Shown here: one piece after another, positions 7,710 to 15,272 of the stretch
Layout: each line of letters starts with the position of its first letter
Numbering within the stretch: position 1 is the first letter of the stretch
NCBI RefSeq assembly: GCF_025273655.1
Contig: NZ_CP045921.1
Coordinates: 180,001 to 212,000 of the forward strand
DNA from: Candidatus Saccharimonadota bacterium
GTDB taxonomy: Bacteria > Patescibacteriota > Saccharimonadia > Saccharimonadales > Saccharimonadaceae
Direction: 5' to 3'
Length of the DNA stretch: 32,000 nt
Notes under the pieces: generated by a model
Databases searched by the model: none
Told to the model about the DNA's origin: nothing
What the model saw: only the letters and a program-made list of their open reading frames with translations
Made by a program: the position numbers and the translations under genes

Positions 7710-9413
7710 ATGGCACAGCAATCTCTCGAGCTTCCCTTAGGTAAACGTACGCGCAAATATCGATTCTTCGAAATGGTTCCTGGGCTACTCAGTATTACGG
7801 TTATTGGGCTATTATTTGTACTGTCTTGGCTTAATGCTGCGCTTGCAAGCGGCTATTTGCTGCTCATTATCTTGGCGGCGCTGGCGCGAGCTGTAGTGAT
7901 CGCAGCGCACACGATCCGTGGCTACCAGCATCTTACTGGCGCGCAGAAAGTTGACTGGCACCGACGACTTGGCGATCTTGAGCAGCCCGTGGAGAGTCTA
8001 CCCAGAGAAGAAGCGCGTCAGACGGGTGAATTTGGTCAATCAACACACCTCCGTAATCTTCGCACGCTTGCCACAAACCCCGACGCATACCCTAGGCCGT
8101 CACAGCTGTATCATGCGGTGATTGTGGCGGCATATAACGAATCTATCGAGGTAATTGAGCCGACCATTGTGTCTCTACTGGACACGACTATCGATAATAC
8201 GCAGCTCATCGTTGTATTCGCCTACGAAGCGCGAGGTGGTGAGGGTATTGCACAAACGGCTAAAACTCTCAAAGAGCGTTACGGATCGCAGTTCGGCATG
8301 TTTTTCACTGTTGAACACCCAAAAGACCTGCCTGGCGAGGTAGTGGGTAAAGGTGGCAATATCACGTATGCCGGTGAATATACTGCACGCGAACTCAAGA
8401 AGCACGGCATCAACTCTGACGATGTTATCGTAACGACCCTGGATTGTGACAATCGTCCACACCCCGCGTATTTCGACTATGTCTCATACGAGTACATCGT
8501 GCACGACGCGCGCCAGCACTTATCGTATCAGCCTGTATCGTTGTTTTTGAACAATATTTGGGATGTACCGGCACCCATGCGAGTGATTGCGACCGGTAAC
8601 TCTTTCTGGAACATCATCTCATCTATGCGACCAGACCAGTTGCGTAACTTTGCCTCGCACTCGCAGCCACTGACCGCACTGCAGGGAATGGGCTTTTGGA
8701 GTAAGCGTTCGATTGTGGAAGACGGCCATCAGTTTTGGCGCAGCTACTTCTATTTCAAGGGCGACTATGCGGTGACGCCTATTTACGTTCCGATCTACCA
8801 AGACGCTGTACTGTCAGAGACCTATAAGAAGACGCTTGTCGCGCAGTTCAAGCAGCTGCGACGCTGGGCCTATGGTGCGTCAGACGTGCCATATGTGGCG
8901 GTGCGAGTATTCACTCGTAAGCGCCAAGTTCCGTTTGGTGACTCGCTGGTGAAATTTTATGAGCTACTCGATGGGCACGTTACTCTAGCGAGTATCTCTA
9001 TCCTTGTGGCGTTTGGCGGTTGGATTCCATTGCTTTTTAGCCCCGAGTCGGCACGCAGTGTACCGGCACATCAGCTACCTGTGGTGGTGAGCAGTTTGCA
9101 GCAGATCGCGCTTATTGGTCTCTGTATCTCCATATTCTTCTCGCTCAAGATGTTACCACCGCGCCCAGCTCGCTATAAGCGTCACCGGACCCTCCTGATG
9201 GTTGCACAGTGGATTCTCATGCCGGTCACATCGATTGCGTACGGTGCTATGTCGGCACTCAATGCACAAATGCACCTGCTCTTCGGACGCTATCTCGACA
9301 AGTTTGATGTCACCGAGAAGGCAACAGTCGGTGAAATTACTCGTGCGCAGGGACATCGTCAGCACTGGTGGCAGTGGTGGAAGGCCTCCCGCGGCGTCGG
9401 ATCGAAGCGATAA
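7710..9413 (+). CDS. Membrane-embedded processive family-2 glycosyltransferase (cellulose/chitin/PNAG-synthase-like)
   Basis: VIVAAYNES, TLDCDN (DxD) and QFKQLRRWAYGA (Q-x-x-R-W) motifs, flanked by N- and C-terminal TM helices. Confidence 0.8.
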   Translation: MAQQSLELPLGKRTRKYRFFEMVPGLLSITVIGLLFVLSWLNAALASGYLLLIILAALARAVVIAAHTIRGYQHLTGAQKVDWHRRLGDLEQPVESLPREEARQTGEFGQSTHLRNLRTLATNPDAYPRPSQLYHAVIVAAYNESIEVIEPTIVSLLDTTIDNTQLIVVFAYEARGGEGIAQTAKTLKERYGSQFGMFFTVEHPKDLPGEVVGKGGNITYAGEYTARELKKHGINSDDVIVTTLDCDNRPHPAYFDYVSYEYIVHDARQHLSYQPVSLFLNNIWDVPAPMRVIATGNSFWNIISSMRPDQLRNFASHSQPLTALQGMGFWSKRSIVEDGHQFWRSYFYFKGDYAVTPIYVPIYQDAVLSETYKKTLVAQFKQLRRWAYGASDVPYVAVRVFTRKRQVPFGDSLVKFYELLDGHVTLASISILVAFGGWIPLLFSPESARSVPAHQLPVVVSSLQQIALIGLCISIFFSLKMLPPRPARYKRHRTLLMVAQWILMPVTSIAYGAMSALNAQMHLLFGRYLDKFDVTEKATVGEITRAQGHRQHWWQWWKASRGVGSKR

Positions 9414-9816
9414 TACCATGCTGGGCGCCGTACTGTAGGGCGCTCAGTTCGTCAAACTGCTTCAGTGTACGGTAGGTCTCGTCGGCAATAGCCGATACGG
9501 TGATGGGGGAGGAGATATCGTAGCGTGTGATCAGACGCAGTTCTATGGTGCGGGCGAACTCGTAGCTGGTTGTGGCGGCGTCTGGCAGGTTCAGGAGTGC
9601 ACGATTGATACTGATTATCAATTTACCGGGAGAGAACTGTACCTGGCCTCCAGAGTGGCTCAGTAGCGCCACATCTTCGAGGGATGGCCGCTCGTAGGTA
9701 GTAAATACCCGCCCACAGCTTGTACATTGCCGACGCCGCCACACTTGGGGCGCTTTTTTGTGGGGGCGAGAATTGGGTATGGTAGTTTTTTTGTTCAAGC
9801 AATATACGCATATCAT
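9337..9816 (-). CDS. nrdR: NrdR-like transcriptional repressor (zinc ribbon plus ATP-cone)
   Basis: CVYC...RRRQCTSCGRVFTTYE zinc ribbon, then an ATP-cone-sized region; 159 aa. Its 3' end overlaps the convergent GT2 gene by 77 nt. Confidence 0.7.
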   Translation of the reverse strand: MICVYCLNKKTTIPNSRPHKKAPQVWRRRQCTSCGRVFTTYERPSLEDVALLSHSGGQVQFSPGKLIISINRALLNLPDAATTSYEFARTIELRLITRYDISSPITVSAIADETYRTLKQFDELSALQYGAQHGIIASIRRRGRPSTTATSADDVPAHE

Positions 9817-9893
9817 ATCTATATATTGTCATACTGCTATTCAAAATGCTAGTGGATAACTCGCAAATAAATATGGAAAAGTCCTCCATATAG

Positions 9894-9922
9894 AAAAACC
9901 ACCAGATTGTGGAATCTGGTGG
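9894..9922 (-). terminator. Intrinsic terminator of the 38-aa ORF transcription unit
   Basis: 9-bp stem CCACCAGAT/ATCTGGTGG, 6-nt loop, followed on the minus strand by TTTTT. Confidence 0.65.
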
Positions 9923-9950
9923 AGAAAAGTCCGTTTATACTATAACGCGA

Positions 9951-10067
9951 CTATTTTTTGAGTTGTTTGTGTACTTCGGCCCACGTCATATCGTACTCAA
10001 AGCCGAGTTTGAAGTTGGCAAGCACAGATGGCTTGTGTGTTTGTTTTGTAACTTTCGTGTTAGCCAT
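9951..10067 (-). CDS. Small basic protein, 38 aa (MANTKVTKQTHKPSVLANFKLGFEYDMTWAEVHKQLKK), not in the ORF track
   Basis: ATG 10067 to TAG 9951, bracketed by a consensus promoter ending 6 nt upstream and a terminator 29 nt downstream; no SD (leaderless arrangement). Confidence 0.5.
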   Translation of the reverse strand: MANTKVTKQTHKPSVLANFKLGFEYDMTWAEVHKQLKK

Positions 10068-10073
10068 GATTAC

Positions 10074-10102
10074 AATATAGCATAAGCGTAATATTTTGTC
10101 AA
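10074..10102 (-). promoter_or_regulatory. Sigma70-type promoter TTGACA-17 nt-TATATT
   Basis: Minus strand TTGACA (10097..10102), exact 17-nt spacer, TATATT (10074..10079), then 6 nt to ATG 10067. Confidence 0.6.
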
Positions 10103-10199
10103 CAGCCTCAAAGTAAAAAAATATATCACAGTACGAATATATAGAGGTAAAAAGTAGTCAAAGTATATGTGGAAAAGCATAGGTAGTTTGTGGATGAGC

Positions 10200-10228
10200 A
10201 AGAAAATACACCAGCGAGGTAGCTGGTG
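10200..10228 (-). terminator. Intrinsic terminator ending the DUF4342 gene transcript
   Basis: CACCAGC/GCTGGTG stem (10209..10228), followed on the minus strand by TATTTTCTT. Confidence 0.5.
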
Positions 10229-10313
10229 CTTACGTGGGGCAGGGGGATAGGCGGCGCCTCGCAGGTGTGTAGTGGGGGTGGGTGAGCGCGTCACCGCCTA
10301 TATATTCAGTATA

Positions 10314-10350
10314 GTAAATTGGCACTCGAGTGTCAAGAGTGCCAATTTAC
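10314..10350. other. 14-bp perfect stem-loop overlapping the DUF4342 gene stop codon
   Basis: GTAAATTGGCACTC (10314..10327) pairs with GAGTGCCAATTTAC (10337..10350), 9-nt loop; no adjacent U-run. Confidence 0.5.
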
Positions 10351-10643
10351 TCCTTTGGGTGAGGCTGATTTGAGTCTTTATGTGTCCTCGAAGTGTCGTC
10401 TACTTCACGTTCGACGATGATTGAGCATTCTGTAACAAGTGCGGCAATTGCGCCGACAGCTGCTAGTACAGGTGCGAGTATGGCACCAACGACACCAATG
10501 GTGAGCGGTAGCTCGACGAGTTGCTTGTCATCTTTGTTTTTGATGATGATACGTCGCACGTTACCTTCGCCGACCAGCTCTTTTACTTTGCCAATGAGTG
10601 CGTCACCGCTGACGTTGAATTCTTCGCGAGTTGTTTTGGTCAT
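10347..10643 (-). CDS. DUF4342-like small protein with C-terminal hydrophobic segment
   Basis: MTKTTREEFNVSGDALIGKVKELVGEGNVRRIIIKNKDDKQLVELPLTIGV... resembles DUF4342. ATG 10643 preferred over the track start 10748, whose extension is hydrophobic and overlaps the divergent gene start. Confidence 0.6.
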   Translation of the reverse strand: MTKTTREEFNVSGDALIGKVKELVGEGNVRRIIIKNKDDKQLVELPLTIGVVGAILAPVLAAVGAIAALVTECSIIVEREVDDTSRTHKDSNQPHPKE

Positions 10644-10727
10644 ACTTCTAGTATAGCGCTCTGGAAATATGTTTACAAAACAAGCGGAGCGGATTATGCT
10701 AGTGGCACAGGAGAACAAAACACAAAC

Positions 10728-12416
10728 ATGAAAAAGAAATGGGACCACGAAGTAGACTACCTGGTGGTAGGCACTGGCGCTGCAGGCCTCAGTGCGGCGA
10801 TTACAGCCAAGCGCAATGGACTCGACACACTAGTGATTGAGAGCACCGATAAATGGGGTGGCACGACTGCCGTATCTGGTGGTGGCCTATGGATGCCAAA
10901 CAATCCACTCATGCAAGACGGACGCGTACATGACTCGATTGACGAAGCGTTTGAATATATGGATCAGACGATTGGCAATGTTGGTCCGTGGACTAGCGAC
11001 ACACGCAAACGTGCATTTCTGATGGGGATCGACCATTATGTCAAGATGTTGACCGAGGAAGGTGTGCACTGGATTCGAGCCAAAGATTATCCGGATTACT
11101 ACCCAGATCTACCGGGTGGACGTATCGGTCGTGGTATTGAGGTGAAGCCATACAACACTAGGCGGTTGGGTAAATGGCGCAAGACCCAGCGCTCGAGCAT
11201 TCCGGCGCCTATCATGACAGACGACATGTGGCAGCTGACTCGTGCGTGGTCGACACCAGACGGCTTTCTGCGTGGTGCGCGGTTTGTGTTTCGTATGCTG
11301 GGCGGCTATGCGACAGGTCAGCTCAAAGCTGGTATCGGCATGGCGTTTACTGGCTCACTTATGGAGATTGTCCAGCGCCAGAACACGCCGGTGTGGCTTA
11401 AGTCACCACTTACAGATCTCGTTATCGAAGATGGTCGTGTCGTGGGCGGTGTAGTGAAGAAGGGTCGTAAGACGGTGCGAGTGCACGCTGCAAAAGGGGT
11501 CATGCTTGGTGCCGGTAGATTCGCGCACAACACTGAGTGGCGTATGAAGTATCATGGGGTACCAGGTTGGAGTAGCGCACCAGAAGGTCAAAACGGTGAA
11601 GGTATTGCTATCGGCGCTAAGGCTGGTGGTGCGCTCGGTATGATGGACGATGCCTGGTGGGGAGGCACGACTGCTAATACAAATGGTAGTCCCTATATGC
11701 ACGGGTTTATCCTGAACGAGCGCTCTGATCCGTGGAGTATTGTGGTCGATCAGCAAGGTCATCGCTAGCTCAACGAGTCGGAGAGCTACATCGACTTCGG
11801 GCATCATATGTTGGAGCGTGACAAGACCGTTCCCTCGGTACCATCGTGGATTATCTTTGATCATCGCCATACGACACATTTCCTCAATTCGGCACTTATG
11901 GTGCCGGGGGCAAAGAAGAAGCTTGCGGCGATGGGTGAGCTCGTAGAAGCTAAGACGCTCGACGAGTTGGTAAAGCTGATGAAGGTGAATCAGGCAACAT
12001 TTGACGCCACGATCAAGCGGTTTAACGAATTTGCGAAGAACGGTGTCGATGAAGATTTTCAGCGTGGTCGCACTGCGTATGATCGTTACTACGGTAATCC
12101 GCTCGTCAAACCAAACCCAAACCTTGGTGCAATCGAGAAAGGGCCGTTCATTGCACTCAAAATCTACCCTGGTGACCTTGGTACAAAGGGTGGTCTCGTG
12201 ACAAACGAGTGGGCACGCGTCCAGCGCGAAGACGGTTCGGTGATCGAGGGTCTCTACGCGGCCGGTAACAACACGGCGAGTGTGATGGGGCACACGTATC
12301 CTGGCCCAGGCAGCACGATTGCGCCTGCGAGCGTGTTTGGCTATTTGGCCGCACTGCACGCGAGTCAGCCGCCTCGTCCGCTCGATACAATTGATGCCAC
12401 TGCGGCATCTGAGTAG
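10728..12416 (+). pseudogene. KstD-like FAD-dependent oxidoreductase (3-oxosteroid 1-dehydrogenase / fumarate reductase flavoprotein family) interrupted by one in-frame TAG at 11766..11768
   Basis: N part DYLVVGTGAAGLSAAI...GGTTAVSGGGLWMPNN (FAD fold); C part GDLGTKGGLVTNEWARV...LYAAGNN...GPGSTIAPASVFG. Track ORFs 10521..11768 and 11808..12416 share one frame, and sequence reads through as ...QQGHR*LNESESYIDFG... Confidence 0.7.
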
Positions 12417-12434
12417 CACTGACTTTTGTCGGTA

Positions 12435-12466
12435 TGCAAAAACCTGCCAAAGAGCAGGTTTTTGCA
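12435..12466. terminator. Bidirectional intrinsic terminator (13-bp perfect stem)
   Basis: TGCAAAAACCTGC/GCAGGTTTTTGCA with 6-nt loop, between the KstD-like gene end and the tRNA-Val 3' end. Confidence 0.7.
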
Positions 12467-12478
12467 TTGATAATGTCA

Positions 12479-12555
12479 TGGTGGGCGATGAGGAGCTCGA
12501 ATCCCCGACCTCGTCAACGTCAATGACGCGCTCTAGCCAACTGAGCTAATCGCCC
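12479..12555 (-). tRNA. tRNA-Val (anticodon GAC), CCA encoded
   Basis: Reverse complement: GGGCGAT/TA/GCTC-AGTTGGCTA-GAGC/CGTCA-TTGACGT-TGACG/GGGGA-TTCGAGC-TCCTC/ATCGCCC-A-CCA. Confidence 0.9.
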
Positions 12556-12566
12556 ATAACTGTTCA

Positions 12567-12595
12567 ATCTTACCAGAGTTTACTGAGTATTGCAA
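12567..12595 (-). promoter_or_regulatory. Promoter for tRNA-Val: TTGCAA-17 nt-TAAGAT
   Basis: -10 ends 11 nt upstream of the tRNA 5' end. The palindromic TTGCAA (12590..12595) can also serve as -35 for the divergent thrS leader (TTGCAA-18 nt-TAGTAT, 12614..12619). Confidence 0.45.
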
Positions 12596-12625
12596 TAACG
12601 GGGGTGGATAGGGTAGTATAAAGGT

Positions 12626-12790
12626 AAGCTAAGACGCGGAGTAACCGCCCGCCGAGCTTCGTGGGACGCTGGAGCGTACGATAACGCTGCATCATGAGTA
12701 AACGTCCGGTGGAACCGCCCTTAAACGGGCCCGAGACATGCGACTATGGATTTAATGTATTGAATCTATGAATCGCATGTTTTTCTTTTT
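12626..12790 (+). promoter_or_regulatory. T-box riboswitch leader of thrS (antiterminator/terminator switch)
   Basis: T-box core GGTGGAACCGCCC (12708..12720). Antiterminator: helix GTCCGG/CCGAGAC, 7-nt bulge UGGAACC, helix GCCC/GGGC. Terminator ACATGCGA...TCGCATGT (12736..12780) plus TTTTCTTTTT, ending 24 nt before the thrS ATG. UGGA complements the UCCA end of tRNA-Thr at 7229..7304. Confidence 0.7.
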
Positions 12791-12814
12791 ACAACATAAC
12801 AGAGGTACAACGAT

Positions 12815-14626
12815 ATGAATGAAGAACAACTCCATACAATGCGACACAGTTTGGCTCACATTACCGCTGCGGCGGTGAAGCGACTTTGGCCAGAGGCTAA
12901 GTTTGGTGTGGGTCCGGTAGTGGAGAACGGCTTCTACTACGACATCGATCTCGGCGAGGAAAAGATTAGTGAGCAAAACTTTGGTAAGATTGAGAAAGCG
13001 ATGCGGCGGATTATTTCCGAAGGTCAAGAGTTCGAGCATTTTACTATGCCAATCGATGAGGCGATCGAATGGGCACGTGCGAACGGGCAGCCCTACAAAG
13101 AAGAGCTGCTGAACGACCTGAAACGCAGCGGCACGACAGTGGCCAAAGACCTTGATGCTGATGAAATGGGCACTATCGCCGATGGCGATGCAGCGCTCGA
13201 CGAAGTCGGTTTCTATAAAAACGGCGACTTCGTTGACCTCTGTCGCGGACCACATGTTGACAAAACCTCATCGGTTGGTGCATTCAAACTGATGCGAATT
13301 GCCGGAGCCTACTGGCGTGGTAAGGAAGACAACGCACAGATGCAGCGTTTATATGGAGTGGCATTCGCTATGCAGGATGAGCTAGATGAGCACCTGGAGC
13401 GGCTTGAGCAGGCCAGGCTGCGTGATCACCGCAAGCTTGGCAAGGAGCTTGACCTGTATACGATGTCGCCATTGGTGGGTGCTGGTTTACCTATGTTTAC
13501 TCCTCGCGGCACAGTGATTCGCGATAAGCTTGCACAGTATTCCAATCAGTTGAGAGAAGCGCATGGGTTTACGAAAGTTTGGACGCCAAACATTACGAAG
13601 ACAGCGTTGTACGAAACCTCGGGTCACTGGGCTAAGTTCGGTGACGAGCTCTTCCTCGTGACAAGTCAGGAGACGGACGACGAAATGGCGCTTAAACCAA
13701 TGAACTGTCCGCACCATACACAGATTTACGCAAGCAAGCCACGAAGCTACCGGGATATGCCGGTGCGCTTCCTCGAGACGACGACCGACTACCGTGATGA
13801 AAAAACGGGTGAGCTGGGTGGGTTGAACCGCGTGCGCTCACTGACGCAAGACGATAGCCATGTGTTTTGCCGTCAAGATCAGATAGAGGCTGAAATCCAT
13901 GGATTACTCGCCAGTGTGCGCGAGATGTATGAGACAGTGGGTATGAAGCTGCGCGTGCGTCTCAGCTACCGTGATGATAGCGATGGATATTTGGGTGATC
14001 CAGAGTTATGGACCGCTGCGCAGGAACAGCTCAAAAACGCCGTCATTGCCAACGAACTCGAATATTTTGAAGAAGAAGGTGAAGCCGCGTTCTACGGGCC
14101 AAAAATCGACTTTATGGCTACCGATGCTATCGGTCGAGAGCATCAGCTGGCTACAGCGCAGCTCGATTTTGTGCAGCCGGAGCGGTTTGGTCTGGAATAT
14201 ACCGCTGAAGACAGCTCTAAGCAGCAGCCGGTCATGATTCACTGCGCGTTACTCGGCAGCATAGAGCGATTTATGAGTGTGTTTATCGAGCACACTGCAG
14301 GATGGTTCCCACTATGGGTGGCGCCGGAGCAGGTGAGAATTCTTACCATCAATGACACGGTGCTTGAGTATGTCGAAGAGATTGAGGCGACACTTCGGGA
14401 AACAGTGCTGATGCAGCCGATCAAATACAATGAGGTTCGCTTTGCGCGAGATGACCGCAACGAATCGCTTGGCAAGAAAATTCGCGAAGCGACGGCCATG
14501 AAAGTCCCTGTTCAACTGATTGTTGGGCCGAAAGACCAGGAGGCTAGGGAGGTGAGTGTGCGTACTCAAGAGAGTGAAACGAAAGTCGCGTTAAGTGAAC
14601 TCGGCGAATTTCTTAAGGGTCTATAG
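12815..14626 (+). CDS. thrS: Threonine--tRNA ligase (no N-terminal TGS domain)
   Basis: HSLAHITAAAVKRLWP...GFYYDIDL (editing domain), HRKLGKELDLY, class II catalytic core and C-terminal anticodon-binding region. Confidence 0.95.
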   Translation: MNEEQLHTMRHSLAHITAAAVKRLWPEAKFGVGPVVENGFYYDIDLGEEKISEQNFGKIEKAMRRIISEGQEFEHFTMPIDEAIEWARANGQPYKEELLNDLKRSGTTVAKDLDADEMGTIADGDAALDEVGFYKNGDFVDLCRGPHVDKTSSVGAFKLMRIAGAYWRGKEDNAQMQRLYGVAFAMQDELDEHLERLEQARLRDHRKLGKELDLYTMSPLVGAGLPMFTPRGTVIRDKLAQYSNQLREAHGFTKVWTPNITKTALYETSGHWAKFGDELFLVTSQETDDEMALKPMNCPHHTQIYASKPRSYRDMPVRFLETTTDYRDEKTGELGGLNRVRSLTQDDSHVFCRQDQIEAEIHGLLASVREMYETVGMKLRVRLSYRDDSDGYLGDPELWTAAQEQLKNAVIANELEYFEEEGEAAFYGPKIDFMATDAIGREHQLATAQLDFVQPERFGLEYTAEDSSKQQPVMIHCALLGSIERFMSVFIEHTAGWFPLWVAPEQVRILTINDTVLEYVEEIEATLRETVLMQPIKYNEVRFARDDRNESLGKKIREATAMKVPVQLIVGPKDQEAREVSVRTQESETKVALSELGEFLKGL

Positions 14627-14633
14627 GGCTGAG

Positions 14634-15272
14634 ATGAAACCAAAGATATCTATAGATATAGATGATGTGGTTGCCGATAGTACAGAGGCGCTGCGTATAC
14701 TTGTCAATCAGCGAGTCGGTGCGGCATTAACGGCTGATGACTATCGTGGTGTGGGTGGAGAATACTGGGGCTATTATGAGCGAGTATGGCGGAATCATGG
14801 TATTCAAGATCGAGTAAGTTTCAAGGAACTTTCTGCGGAGATGGCAGCAGATCAGTCACATGTTCTACTTTTGCCTGGTGCGGAGGTTGCTATACATCAG
14901 CTGGCTCAATGGTTTCATGTGGTGTTTATTACTTCACGTGATAAATCTTGGGAGGTGGCAACAAGGAAATGGTTTCAAAAGCAGTTCAGTCATGATGATA
15001 TCGAACTGTATTTCTGCGAAAGCCACAAGGATGCTCGTGCAAAAACAAAAGGGCAGCTCTGCAAAGAGCTGGGCGTAACCCTTCATATAGATGACAACGA
15101 AGCGCATTGCCAATCAGTGCTCGACGAAGGAATTGCGGCGATTCTTTTTGGCCGGTACGGCTGGCACGATGGGAGCGCCAAAGGTGTTGTAGTGTGTGCC
15201 GATTGGTCGGAGGTGATGGACTATATTGGCAAGGCATATGGTGATGCAGATAAAACGAGGGAAGAGAATTGA
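14634..15272 (+). CDS. HAD-superfamily nucleotidase-like hydrolase (second NT5C-like paralogue)
   Basis: KISIDIDDVVADS (DxDxV motif I), ...LHIDDN (motif IV-like). ATG 14634 chosen because track start 14595 lies inside thrS. Confidence 0.55.
   Translation: MKPKISIDIDDVVADSTEALRILVNQRVGAALTADDYRGVGGEYWGYYERVWRNHGIQDRVSFKELSAEMAADQSHVLLLPGAEVAIHQLAQWFHVVFITSRDKSWEVATRKWFQKQFSHDDIELYFCESHKDARAKTKGQLCKELGVTLHIDDNEAHCQSVLDEGIAAILFGRYGWHDGSAKGVVVCADWSEVMDYIGKAYGDADKTREEN

Noticed and set aside
9817-9893. NrdR-box or operator upstream of nrdR (ACAATATATAGATATG; inverted repeat ATATGGA...TCCATAT)
   Set aside because: It matches the remembered NrdR-box consensus poorly. The inverted repeat is short and AT-rich, which is not enough evidence.
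10521-10748. N-terminal extensions of the divergent pair (track starts 10521 + and 10748 -)
   Set aside because: The extensions overlap each other and the opposite gene. Internal ATGs at 10728 (MKKKWDHEVDYLVVGTGAAG) and 10643 (MTKTTREEF) give family-typical N-termini.
11766-11768. Genome-wide TAG reassignment as an explanation for the in-frame TAG
   Set aside because: TAG terminates many well-supported genes here (ndk, thrS, 7329..7706, 17112..17753, 19144..20040, 26087..29044) at positions consistent with family lengths.
11403-12479. Long 358-aa ORF antisense to the KstD-like gene
   Set aside because: It is antisense to a frame with clear family motifs. It has no recognisable motifs, is Arg/Cys/His-rich, and runs into the terminator and tRNA-Val.
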